From the human T2T-CHM13v2.0 reference genome, Homo sapiens: DNA of 64,000 nucleotides. The position numbers were made by a program, and so were the translations under genes. The stretch lies in the NCBI RefSeq assembly GCF_009914755.1, contig NC_060926.1, one strand, 5' to 3'. Below the pieces are notes generated by a model. That model saw nothing but the letters and a program-made list of their open reading frames with translations, did no database searches and was not told the origin of the DNA. Below are positions 1 through 12,668 of the stretch, piece after piece (the stretch's first letter is position 1; each line of letters opens with the position of its first letter).

Positions 1-2088
1 CAAGGTAATAAAATAATTAATTTGCCAATAGCTTTCTATTTTCAAATTGCCTTATGTAAAAAATAAAATTATTTTTCAAGCACATTATGTATACAACCAA
101 AATGATATTATTTTTTAAAATTTATTATAACCTACTTCATCATGCTTGATTCACATTTGAACTTGCAGAATATTTTGGAAAACTACATGAACTCTTTCAG
201 AAGTGTAGAGTATCAGGCTATCACTGAAACAAAAGGATTAATTCATCATTGGGATATTAAGGCTATTTAAACATCCACGGTAAGCAACGTATTTTAGAAT
301 GAGAGACCAACAATAAATAAGTTTAGTATTGACCTCCTTAAATTACCCAAACTTCTTTCTTAGAATCTTGCTTAATTATTGAGTTCCAATGTCGCTCCAT
401 CATTTCATAAAACAAATAATCATTGCAGCATTTGGGGCTCAGTATTTTACTGTGAAAGAATTTGTGAGTTTTCCTTCAATATTACATTTCTCTTTTCGTC
501 ATTGTTGTATATCTACTTTTATTATTCTTCTGCCTTCCTATATGATTGAAATCAAACAATTTAGCAGCACTAAGGATTCTATCACACGGTTTTTCTTTCT
601 CACTGGTTACTGAAGACATTGAATAGATAAGGCTTTACACAAATCCTTCTGATATCATCCTAAACTCTTCCATTGGTCCCCACAGTTTAGTCAGCATGCA
701 GTGCAGATGAGCCTACCTCCGTTCTGTTTGTTAAGGAAAAGAAAATATGGCAGTCAACTGAGAGTAGAGGGAGACAGAAAGTTTTCTATGAGGAGGGGAA
801 TAGAGGCAAGCAAATACTCTGAAGATAGAAATACGCTGTGCTGGAATATGATTGCTTCTGATGCATTTGCCAAACTGCAACTCCCAAATGCCCTGATCTA
901 CTCAACAGGCTGATACAGAATACTTTATTGCTGAGATTCTTTTTCTTACACCTATTCTAAAACATTTTGAGTCTTGAAAATATTTACCTGATAGATTTTG
1001 TTGTTGTTATTGAGATCAGTGATCAGCTGACTCTAGGAATACTCTTAATTTTTAAAAATCTGGTCACTTTTAGTCTTTGAGCCAAATAACCGGTTGACTA
1101 CATTAAATGATGATTGTGTTTTGTTTTTTTCCACTGATGGATAATTGAGTTAAATTGATTTGAACCGTTTTTCTTGTCATCCTCACTTTTATAGATGCCA
1201 CATGACTGCCCCCTTATATTTCTTTCCCAGTGGATGGACAGTTGGCTTTTCCCTTTGAAGTCCATTTAGCTTTGTTTTTGTTTGGGACCAGCCTAAGACA
1301 GAGATTACTGGCTCTAAATTTTTTGTTGCTGTTTGAAGCAAAATCTTCAAAAAGAATCAAGGCTGCCAATCCTTCAGTGCTATGACAGGTTTAGGCATAT
1401 TAACCGTTCCAACATCACAACAACTTGTTGCATATATATGGGTGTTCAACAGCCAGTTGGGAATGAAATTACTGTTAGTGCATATTCGTGTCACCTAACA
1501 TGGTTAATGTCAGGATCTGACCTTTTGCTAGACCATTTGCCTGTCAGGTTGCAGAATTGCTGACTATATTTGAAGAATGTGAACAGCATAAGATGCCAGC
1601 CTTTATTCCTAGGCAGTCGATCTAACAAGCGGATTAGCAACATACTTTTCCTGAGGGTATGGCTGAACAGTATTATGCAGTAATGTCCCAGGAATTACAA
1701 AAGAACAAAGAGAATAAGATTATAAATGAGAAAGGTTAGAAAGTGAGAGATGCAAAAGAAAAATGCAACTGTTGGCAAATGATTGTATTACACAATAATT
1801 GCATCAGATGTTCCTTGGTTCCTTACTCTAACTACAGATACATTCTCATTGCTGCTGGACATAGGCTATTTAAGCCTATTCTATATTATTGGAACTTAGA
1901 GTTGGGTTATTTTGTCACAAAATGTAGACCCATCAACTGGTTTTATCAGAAAACTTTTATGAGTTTTAAAACAATATTGTTATAAGTTATTTACTGCCCA
2001 GCATCCCTATCATGAACTAAGACAGTGTAAAGGTGAAAGAACAAAGAATTTTAAATCAGAAAACAATATGCAAATTACTTGTGAGCAA

Positions 2089-2394
<306 letters not shown>

Positions 2395-2490
2395 AACTGT
2401 GAGCTGTTTAATTAACCTCTCTAAGTCTCAGTTTACTTAGTTATGCATCTGTAAACTAGAAATGATATTAATGCCTTTCATAGCTGTTTG
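2395..2490 (+). mobile_element. MIR SINE core fragment
   Basis: aacctctctaagtctcagttta...catctgtaaactagaaatgatattaatgcc matches the MIR core. Confidence 0.7.
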
Positions 2491-2774
2491 CGACACACAC
2501 TCAATTAATAATTATTATTTATAATAATATATTGTTGGTATTGTTATGTCTAACACAAAAAAATTCTAGAGCAAAATAAATGAAAAAATATTTTTGTGGT
2601 CTTGGTTAAGTAAATGTTTCTTATATAAGATGCCTAATTAATTAATTTTAATAAATCAGTTTATATCCTGCAGGCTTGCTAAACTTATTATAATCTAGTA
2701 TAATGTAATAGCTGTTTTGAAATTCATAATGATTTTCTCCATCCATGGTCATGTTATCTTCAAATAATGCAATC

Positions 2775-2799
2775 TGTGTGTGTGTGTATGTGTGTGTGT
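2775..2799. repeat. (TG)n microsatellite
   Basis: tgtgtgtgtgtgtatgtgtgtgtgt seen directly. Confidence 0.95.
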
Positions 2800-2804
2800 C
2801 TTAC

Positions 2805-3207
2805 TGTATTAGTCCATTTGCATCGCTAATACCTGAGGCAGGGTAATTTATTAAAAAAACAATATTTAATAGGCTCACAGTTCTGCAGGCTGTACATGAA
2901 GTGTTCTGCCATCATCTGCTTCTGATAAAGAACTCAGTAAGATGATAATCATGAGAAGGCGAAGGGGGAGCAAGTGGGTCATGTGGGAACAAGAGAGCAA
3001 AGTGGGCGGGGAGGGGCCGCACTCTTTAAACAACCAGATCCCACCTGAACTGAGTGAAAACTCACTCATTACTAAAGGGATGGTGCTTAAATATTCATGA
3101 GGGACCCGCCTCCATAATCCAATCAAATCTCACCGGCCCTCACCTTCAACACTGGAAATTTCATTTTAACATGAGATTTGGAGAAGATAAACATCCAAAT
3201 CATATTA
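2805..3207 (-). mobile_element. ERVL-MaLR solo LTR, MSTB/MSTA-like
   Basis: tgtattagtccatttg ... ggctcacagttctgcaggctgtaca ... aacatccaaatcatatta. 5-bp TSD cttac (2800-2804) / gttac (3208-3212). Confidence 0.9.
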
Positions 3208-3212
3208 GTTAC

Positions 3213-5590
3213 TTACCAAATCTGTATAATTTTTATTTATTATTCTGCCTTTATCTCGTGACTGGGACCCAAATACAATTTCATTTATGAAAATAGACAT
3301 CTTTAATTGCTTACCAATCTTATAAGTGTTACAGAACTAAGTAAGTGGTTTTTCATAGATTCTTTTAAAATTAATTAGGAAGTTTCTTCTACTTATATAC
3401 TGAGAGTTTATTTTTTTGATAATGAATGGATGTTAAATTTTGTCAAAAGCTTTTTCTGTATTTATTAAAACAATGATAAACTTTTCGTTTTTTAGTGTAA
3501 CAATGATTGATTTTGTTTTGTTTTGTTTTGTTTTTTTTACTATTAAACCAACCTTGTCTTTTTAAAATTAACTGACCCTGGGTTAATGTGATCATTCTAA
3601 ATATTTATATGCTAATATTTCATTAAGTATTTTTGCCTCTATGTACATTAAAGAAAGATATTTCTTTGTAGTTTTCTTATGTGTTTTGTTGTTTTTTTTG
3701 TTTGTTTGGTTTGAGAAGAGTCTTGCTCTGTTGCCCAGGCTGGAGTGCAGTGGCATAATCTTGGCACATTGTAACCTCTGCCTCCCAGATTCAAGCTATT
3801 CTCCTGCCTAAGCCTGGGATTACAGGTGCCTGCCATCACACCTGGTTAATTTTTGTATTTTTATTAGAGATGGGGTTTCGCCATGTTGGCAAGCGTGGTC
3901 TCCAACTCCTGACCTCAAGTGATCCACCTGCCTCAGCCTCCCAAAAGTGCTAGGATTACAGGCATGAGCCACCACACCTGGCCCTTGTATGTTTTCATCT
4001 GGTTTGTATGTTAATGTAATGTTGGCCTTCTAAAATGAGTTTAGAAGTGCTCCTTGTCTTCTATTTTATGAAAAAATTTGCTTAGTTTTCTTAATAATTC
4101 TTCTTTAAATAATTGATAGATTTCACCCATTTGATAGAATTCATTTGCATCTTGAATTTTTAGAAAGGTTTTTAATTACAAATTTATTTTATTGAAGATG
4201 CATCTATTCAGCATTTCTATCATTCTTTGCTTAGTTTCGGTAACTTTTGTCTCTCAAGGAAGTTTTTCATTTCATCTGTCATTAAATATATTGGCATAAT
4301 GTTGTCCTTAATATTTGGTTATTAATCACATTAAGTCTGTAGATTCTATAATTATGTGATTTTTTCAATTCCTGATTTGGTGATGTACATTTCTCTATTT
4401 TAATTAGTCTACGTAGAGTTTTATTTTGCATTGTTCTTTTCATTTTTTAGTTTTATTGAATATATTTATCATTGTCCATTTTCTTTTTTTAATCCTCTAT
4501 CCATTTTCTATTTTACAGACTTTCACTCTGTTTCCTGTTATTTCCTTCATTTCATTTGTATTTAATTTGCTGTTTTTTTCCTGGATTTATAATCTGTGAT
4601 TCTTCTTAAAGAATCCAAATTTATAAACTTACCTCTATGCATTGCCGTAGCTATATTTCACAGTTTTGATATGTTGTTTTTATTTTGTTTTAGTAAAAAT
4701 ATTTTCTAATTTTACTTATAATTCCTAATTTATCCTATTTTTTACTTGCCAGTACATTTTTGTTGTCCAAATATTTTGAGATTTTAGATATATTTTAATA
4801 ATTTGGAAATTGTATTGAGGGCTATTAATAATAATAAAACATACTCTATAATTGTATTTTCTTAAAGCTATTAAGATGACTTCTTTAGCTCAGATTATGA
4901 ACTATTATGATGAAAGTTCATGTGTATTTGGAAAGAATAGGTAATCTGTGGCTGGGTAAGATATTCTATGAATTTCAGTCGGTCAAGTAGTTTCATAGCA
5001 TTGTTCAGGATTTTCATACTTCTATTAATTTTCTGTGTACTTATTCTTTCAATTACTAAGGAGTATAAAAATATCTAGATAAAGGAATGCTTTTATGTAA
5101 CACGTCTTTCTGTTCTGTTAGTTTTTGCTTTATTGATTTAGCAGCTTGGCTATATTGTATGCCCACATTTTGGATTTTTGTTTCTTTAATGAACTAAACC
5201 AATTATTGTGAAGTCTGGTCTATTTAATAATTCAACCTTCATTCTATTAAGTAAACTTAGGTAGATCCAATAAAAATTCTGAGGATGTGACAAGGATCAC
5301 CTCTCAGGTGATACATTGTACTTTAATTTTTGTTAGCCTCTCTGTCCTTATGAGACTGCCAAAATCTCTGTTCAGATTCTCAATCTCTCAGGAAGTGCTT
5401 ATACTTTAAAATTAACAATTGCTACAGGGGAAAAAAAGTGGAAAAAATTTAAGCTCCTATCTAGTGGCTTTCTCCTTTTACAGCTCTTTGCCATGGGATT
5501 CTCTTTGCCTTTGTACTTCTCTCATGTCTTTAAATAGATATTTTAAAATATTTTTTGACATTTCTAATGATTTTTATTACATAGTTAACC
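3213..5590 (-). mobile_element. Ancient L1 (L1ME-like), fragmented, interrupted by an Alu
   Basis: T-rich antisense ORF2-like tracts (aatgaatggatgttaaattttgtcaaaagc; aaaatgagtttagaagtgctcc). L1ME 5'-end-like sequence at ~5350-5550. Boundaries approximate. Confidence 0.7.
3684..3983 (-). mobile_element. AluS (Sx/Sz-like) with an ~11-bp internal deletion
   Basis: Reverse Alu dimer with 'gacctcaagtgatcc'. 'cctaagcctgggattacagg' lacks the usual cccgagtagct. TSD-like cttatgtgtttt / cttgtatgtttt. Confidence 0.95.
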
Positions 5591-5989
5591 ATTACCAGAA
5601 TTGATACTCATGTTTTATTTCATCTGTTAAAAAATTTTCAAATTTGACAAAATACTACTGCTATCTATTTTGCATGTGAAACAAGAGTTATATAATATTA
5701 TTTCTAGATTCTCTAGACTTATAAAATTTGGTCTTAATTGCCTAGGTGTTCCTGTGAACAGATGCTATATTACATGATATGATTAGAAGAGAAATGTAAA
5801 TTCCAAGGGCTCAGCCATTTTTAATATTCTAAAAGATATGAATCTGGTTTTAGTCTACATTTTAAAAATGCAATTGAAGTAAGATACAGTGATAAAATTT
5901 GTTTCTATGTTTGTGTGTGTGCCTGAATACTTGTGTATTTAGATGAGATGGAACTCTTTTTGCTTCAGATTTAATGCACTACATATGAG

Positions 5990-6240
5990 TGAAGTGAAGA
6001 CTGTCCTTTCTTCATTGAATTGCCCTGGCACATCTGTCAAAAATCAGTTGCCTACATTTCTATAGGTATACTTCTGGAGTCCCTACTCGACTCCATTGAT
6101 CTGTATATCTATCAATCATTCTCCCAATAGCACACTGTATTGATTATAACATTATAATTTTGTTACAATAACTTTATATTATTCTAATTGGATTATGATT
6201 CCTCCAGTGTTATGTTTCTGTTTAAAATTGTTTGGATACT
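5990..6240 (-). mobile_element. Old L1 ORF2 3'-region fragment
   Basis: ctgtcctttcttcattgaattgccctggcacatctgtcaaaaatcagttg ... cacactgtattgattat is typical antisense L1M ORF2. Confidence 0.75.
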
Positions 6241-6619
6241 CATGTCATTAAAAATCTTTTATGGGTACTAAAAATTAGTCATTATTGAATTTACCAATGT
6301 ATTCAGAATTACCAACAATGGGCAAACAAATTAACTTTAAGCTAAAAAACTGAGCTACAATTATGCTTAAGATCTAATGTAGCAACAGATGAGTAAACCA
6401 TCCTGCCTGCCAAGCAACTGTTAGTAGAAAATAACAGCGGAAGAACTCAGCAAAAAGTCAGCTAGAATATGTGAAATACAAAAGGAAAAAATAAAATGTC
6501 CAAAGATCTAATTAGTATGAGTGTATTGTAGAATAGAAATTGAAAGGTAGCTCCTGGAGCAATAGAAGGTATAAAGTATAAAGGCCAAAGTGTTATAATC
6601 TCTACTTTTGGGTTACCTT

Positions 6620-7560
6620 CATTGAACCATATTTGTACACAATAAACTATAACCATTTTAATTGTATAGTTTGATGAGTTTTGACACAGAGAAAATTATG
6701 AAATTATTGCTACCATCAAGCTATAAGATTTTCATTACCTCCAGAAGGCTACCCTGTGACTCTTCAGTCAATCCACCCCGCCAACCCTGAATCTTTGCAT
6801 CCAGTGATTTGCTATCTATCACTATAGATTAGATTGAACTTGCCTATTCTAGAGTATCATATGACTGCTATTACATGATTTGTACTCTTCTGTGTCTGGC
6901 TTCTTTAGCACAGCATAAAGTTCGATAGGTTCATTCATATCATTGAGTGCATCAGTGATTAATTCCGATTTGTATGGATATACAACTGATTATTCATGCA
7001 CTTAATGATTGATAGACATTTTTTACTACATCTATTGGATTTCTGTCCACTTATATTTGAGTCTTCTGAGTTCTTTATATATTCTGGATACAAATCCTTT
7101 GTGAGATATACGAATATTTTCTTCCAGCTTCTGGCTTGCTTTTTCATTTACTTAGTAATGTCTTTTCCTCATGATTTTTGTGTCATATCCAAAACTGTTT
7201 GCCTGTACAAACTAGCTACATTTCTTCTATGTTTTCTTCTAAATGTGTTTAGTTTAGCTTTCATGTTGAGGTTTAATATTTATTTCAAGTTAATTCTTGT
7301 ATGGTGAAAGGTAAAGATTGAAGTTTATTTTTTCCTTCATGGTTATAGAATTGCTCCGGCACCTTTTGAAAAAAAAAATAAATAAATATGTTCATTCCCT
7401 CATTAAATTGTCCTGTTATTTGGTCAAATATCAATTTGCCTTTCATAGATAATATCTGGCTTCCTTATTCTGTTTCATTTATCTAAATGCATATTATTTT
7501 ACTAAAAGTATGCTATTGTAATTAATTACTCTCGTTTTATAGTGTATCTTGAAATTAGGT
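6620..7560 (-). mobile_element. L1ME-type 3' end (3'UTR plus ORF2 end)
   Basis: attttaattgtatagtttgatgagttttgaca ... tgtgtctggcttctttagcacagcata ... ttctttatatattctggatacaaatcctttgtgagatata. Confidence 0.75.
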
Positions 7561-7564
7561 ACTG

Positions 7565-7754
7565 CTGGGCCAGTGACTTATTTTTGTAAATAATATTTTT
7601 TTGAAAACAGGCTTCCCCTTTTGTTCATTTTTTTCCTGTGGCTGCTTTCCAGATACAACAGCAGAACTGAATAGCTGCAGCAAAGACTCACTATGGTTTT
7701 CAAAGTTTAAAGTATATACTATCTGACATTTTATGAAAAGTTTGCTAACCCCTG
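7565..7754 (+). mobile_element. MER58A (hAT-Charlie MITE), left end truncated
   Basis: tttttgtaaataa...ggctgctttc...acaacagcagaactgaatagctgc...tactatctg...aaaagtttgctaacccctg; the right TIR ends at 7754. Confidence 0.85.
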
Positions 7755-8069
7755 CTCTATTAAATGCTGAGTTTTAAATAGATTTTCAATAAGTTATATT
7801 TACTCAATAATATTGCCATTGAATTTTGTAGTTAATTCGATTAAGAAAAAAAGATAAAATTTAAATTAATTAAAATAAAAAATATATTTTCCTAGCTAAT
7901 ATAGAATATATTAAGGGCAGAGTAAAATTAAAAATTAACTCCAAGGTACCACAATTTTCAAATGAACATATGAAAAAGTTAAATAAATGCTAAAAAAAAT
8001 TATTACAGCACATACTGTATATTAACAAACCAAATCATTGTATTGCTCAATGCTGTTGAGATTTTAGTA

Positions 8070-8330
8070 AAACTGCTACAATAATGGATAGCTTGTGGCA
8101 ACCCAAATTGATTCAACTTTCTTGAATGCAATTTTTTAAAACATTTAAGTTGCGTAATATTGATCGAGTCATTTGATTCAGTAGTCTCACTGTTAGAAAT
8201 GTGTTTCTAAAAATTCCACATTTATGACACTATTGCCACATTGTTTATAAAAGTTAAAGGTTGATGACAAACTGAATGTCCACAGATAGATAGAGGAATA
8301 TTTATTCAGTAGGATGATATAATTCCATAA
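8070..8330 (+). mobile_element. Ancient L1 ORF2 3' fragment
   Basis: catttgattcagtagtctcactgttagaaat ... cacattgtttataaaag ... aaactgaatgtcca resembles the L1ME ORF2 end. Confidence 0.55.
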
Positions 8331-9159
8331 TAATGAGCATTGTCAGTAGTGTGAGTTCCGTAGGTTTCTATTTACAGTATAATTATTTAGAAATTTTTTA
8401 AAAGGTTTCTTGACTATATTTTTAAACCACAATTCAATCTAAAATGGACCTCAAATCCTCAGCAATCTTTGAAATTAGTCTTGGCTCTCACTTTAGTGCC
8501 AAATTGCAATGGTCCCAAATACTTGCAATTACTTTGACAGCAATTTTTTCCAACTTTCCTGTCTTCCACCTTTAGAATCAGCTGCACCAGCCCCTGCATT
8601 TAACTCCCTCCCAGAGGAAGCTTTCTTCTGAAACTTCAAAGCTAAAATCTTTACACATTAATACAATACAGTTATTTTTTCATACTTTGAGGACTTGCTG
8701 TTTCATATCATATCTTCCACAAATTTCTCCAACCCCTTTAGTGCCTTAACCATAATAATGAACATAACGATGTCTCCTCGTGTAAGAGAAAACATTTTTT
8801 TCTTTGAATCCCTTAAGCTTCACTTGAAAGTATAGTAATCTACACATACAAATTTTAATTCCTCAACTCAACTCTTACTCTTATATTCATTTTAATCGTG
8901 TTTACTTAATATCATTCAGTTCAAAATGCTGTGAAAAAGTTTATTAATGAATTTTTAATATTTAAAGCTTTAACATATACCTTTCCCCTGACTGAGCACC
9001 TCCACCCTGCCTATTTACTGGCTAACTAATAAATGGAAGCCTTTCAACCTGGGTCCTTCTTTAGGGAGAGGTGTTTATCTCCTCCTCTACCCTTCCAAAG
9101 CACTCTGCCATACATGTATATTGCAGAAATAAAACTATATAGGGACAGTAAGACAAATA

Positions 9160-9400
9160 GGTACCAAATACTGAAAGAGTACTATATACCAAAATCCCAT
9201 TCTAAGCTCTTTACAGTCATAATTTTATTTAAATTTTACACAAACTTTATGAGTTAAATTTTATTATTTATATCACTGACAGGTGATAAAATGAGATTTT
9301 AAGAGGTGAAATATATTTCCAGGTCACACAGCACTAAATTGTCTAAGACTGAATTAGCCTCTAGGACCTCTTTACAGACATCACGCCATTACCACTCTAA
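9160..9400 (-). mobile_element. MIR SINE
   Basis: ttctaagctctttaca ... acaggtgataaaatgag ... agaggtgaaata ... ccaggtcacacagc is the reverse MIR core. Confidence 0.75.
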
Positions 9401-9559
9401 TCTTTTGTTTTATTTCTGTCTTACATTATATATTATATGTATTAAAGAAAATAAAGCCCATTTAGCAACATATGTTGCATGTTTTTCTCATGAATTCAGA
9501 TATTTTTACTCAGAAGATTCGTGTTTTGATTAAAGATGGTTTTATGTCCTTTATCTCAC

Positions 9560-12350
9560 AGGACTTACTGCACTGATGGTAAATGAATAGAAAGGCCTAA
9601 GTTCAGAAAAATGAGAAAAATAGAAGAGGGCCATCTCAGGCAAGAAATTTAATTTTTCCCCCAAAGTTTAAGACGTAGATAAATACGTATTGATCAGAAA
9701 AACACATAGGAAAACAACTACTCAGAACACCACAGAGAAGACAGCAGCCAAGGCATTTTCAGGCCTCTCTTGTCATACCTTAGAAAGATATGGAGCTTGG
9801 AAATACACACACTAGGAATGCAGGAGGGAAAGGTGATGCTAAAAACAGGAGAATTTGTTGACAATCTTTAGTGGAACTTCCTCCATCATGAGAAAAAACA
9901 AAGCTACAGGTTAGTGTTTACACTGAAGTTTAAAAGAGAAAAAAGAAAAAGCATTATTTATACAAACAAAGAGACTACCTTCTAGCAAAGAATTAGGACA
10001 CGTAATGTGGGCATTGGTACCCAAGATGCTTGGGGAGCATTCAAGCACCCTCATACCTCAGGATATTGACCAGTCAAAAGAAATTCATGTGCATACTTCT
10101 CAGGGTTGTTCACTTATTCACATATCCCTAAGGATGAATAGAAAATACAAACTTCATTTGATTAAATCCTAAGCATGAAGTAGCAGGTGCAAAATTAAAA
10201 ACAAAAAGAAAACAGATAATAAATGAAAGAAGAGGAAAATATACATACAATAATTTGTAGGGAAAATACTTTTAAAATATTAATTTATTTTTATAGATGA
10301 AGTATTTAATGCAGTCATAGAAAAACAACATGGAGATATAGAAAAAGAGAAAACAGGAAAGAGTTCTATGTAACTAAAGTTATATTACAAAAATAATGTT
10401 CTCAGGAATTGTCCAATGATCAAGTTAAAGAAAAATATTCCAGAATACAGAACAAAAATGTGCAAAAAAATTAAAGAAAATTTACTTCAGTGGGTACAGT
10501 GATCTTTCAAATTCCAGAAAGAATGCAGATAAATAATTATATTCTCAAAATCATAACAGTAATAGAAAAAAGTGACTCAGAGCTAAAGTTAAACAGGATT
10601 CTTCTCATTTAAAGGACCCAATAGTAATTATCAAATGAAATGACAATCAGCTCACTTAACAACCTCAGTGTGAAATTTCTAAACCCAAATAAATACAAAG
10701 ACCTGAAACCTATAGAACGGAAGAAAAACTGCCACCTATCAGAAAAAAAAAAAAAAGCAATCAGACTGGCAGCACACATCTCAGTAACAATATTGTTTAC
10801 TGGAAGGCAATAAAGAAATACTTTCAAAGGTTCATCAAAAATTTCCTTGAGTTCTATATTCACCCTTGCAATCAATTAAAGGTAAATGTAGTTATTTTAA
10901 ATATCAGAAATCAGAAGACTTAACTTCCAACACATCTTCTTTTGGGAAATCATTTGATTTATTGGAATAAAACAAAGATGATGATAGAGACTTATAATGC
11001 AGAAAATAGGTGAACAGAAAGTCACAACTTTGCAGAAGACAGAAAACATTTAATTTAGAGAGACAAGGCATATGATATGGTTTGGCTCTGCGTCCTCACC
11101 TAAATTTTATCTCAAACTGTAATCCCCATTTGTGGAGGGAGGGAGGTGATTGGATCATGGGGGTCATTTCCCTCATGCTGTTCTTGCCAGGGTGAGTGAG
11201 TTCTCACAGATCTGATGCGTTTATAAGGGGCTCTCCCCACCTTCGCTCTTACTTCACTCTCTCTCTCCTCCCACCTTGTGAAGAAGGTGCCTGCGTCCTC
11301 TTCTGCCATGATTGTAAGTTTCCTGAGGGCTCCCCAGCTGCGTGGGACTGTGGGTCAATTAGACCACTTTTGACTCACAGTCTTGGGTATTTCTTTCTAG
11401 CAGTGTGAGAATGAACTAATACAGCATGGAATTTCAAATTAAATTCTCAAAAAAATAAAAATAAAATAAGAGGGCAATAGATGGGATGATAAAATATTTT
11501 GTAAATTGAAGTATATGATTAATAGTTTGTAAAAATGTATATTATCATGAAAGTATATAGTACAAGCAGAAATAATTTTTAAAAAATAAGACAGACTTCC
11601 AGAAAGCTCAAAAAAATAATTAAAGGTTGGGCAAGAAAATCATACTCTTAAGCATAGAGCAAATGGGCCAAATGGGAACAGTGACTATCAAGGAGAAGAA
11701 TGGAATGGGATCCAAGCAAAGCTGGAGTAGATAAAAAACTGGAAGCTACCAGGGATATGGAAGAGAAGATATGTTTCTCTTAAGAAGAATAAAGGATGGA
11801 AATCAGAAAGTCTAACAAAATTTTAACATAAAATTAATAATATACATGAAAAGCTAGGCATAATATGGCTTGAAGTAGCATGATAAAGTACAAGAAAAAA
11901 ATGATTGATATTAATATTTTTCTTGGAATGGCACAAAACCTTACTGTGGAAAAAGAAAAGAATATATAATAATGGAAATCTACTTGGGATTTTTAGTAAA
12001 TAATAGTTACACTATCATCACTATGTAAACACATTTTACTGGAGTGCTTGGGGGCAGAGGAAGAATTAATCTAGAGCTAAAGATTTGATGCCTAAATTAT
12101 AGTTATGGCATAGAATGTAAATGCAATCAACCTTGACAATGTAAAAGTTGAAGTACAAATGACACAAACCGGGAGCTGAGGGTGGGAGGAAAGCTGGGGA
12201 ACCAAACTGGAAAGAGTATGAGAGTATAAACAAACAACAAAATTCTCATTTATAGGAGGGAGTATATAGATTACTTTTTAAGTGAGTTCATAAATCAAGA
12301 AGCAGCAAAGTAAGCATGTGTTTTAAAATATAGATGTAAAGCAAAAAATG
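9560..12350 (+). mobile_element. Ancient ORF1-type LINE remnant (HAL1 or L1ME-like), split by a THE1 LTR
   Basis: A-rich. From ~10757 it reads AIRLAAHISVTILFTGRQ*RNTFK, resembling L1 ORF1 'PIRLTADFSAETLEARRQW..IFK'. No ORF2 recognised downstream. Limits approximate. Confidence 0.45.
11073..11423 (+). mobile_element. THE1 (THE1D-like) solo LTR
   Basis: tgatatggtttggctctg ... gattgtaagtttcctgagg ... gaactaataca. TSD gcata (11068-11072) / gcatg (11424-11428). Confidence 0.93.
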
Positions 12351-12571
12351 TTTTTCATTATATGGCCTGTTCCATTTGATTTTTAAACTATGTTTTTCTG
12401 CGTATATATCTATATGTATGTATACATATAATCATATATAATTATACATATATAAATGTGATAAAAATTTTTAAAAACTCAAATACTATATGTTATCTAA
12501 TCTAAAATAGTTTGGTGCTTTCTTGTGTTTGATTTTCACGTTTTGACCACAAGTTATTCCTAGCTGATAGC

Positions 12572-12668
12572 AATTGTAAGACATCATCAACTGTAAAATG
12601 CATCTGCATCTCAGAGATATTTAAATTTGAAAATAAATATAAGTACTTTATAATCAGTGCAATTGGAT
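12572..12668 (-). mobile_element. MER104/Kanga-like (Tc2) DNA transposon end
   Basis: actgtaaaatgcatctgcatctcagagatatttaaatttgaaaa...ataatcagtgcaattgg resembles the reverse MER104 terminus. Confidence 0.55.

Noticed and set aside
389-1985. Four 70-80 aa ORFs in unique DNA
   Set aside because: No recognisable homology, mostly non-ATG starts, and a size expected by chance.
5296-5312. Short hairpin atcacct-ctc-aggtgat (similar: ccattttttaaaaaaatgg at ~17631)
   Set aside because: Stems this short are expected by chance in 64 kb.
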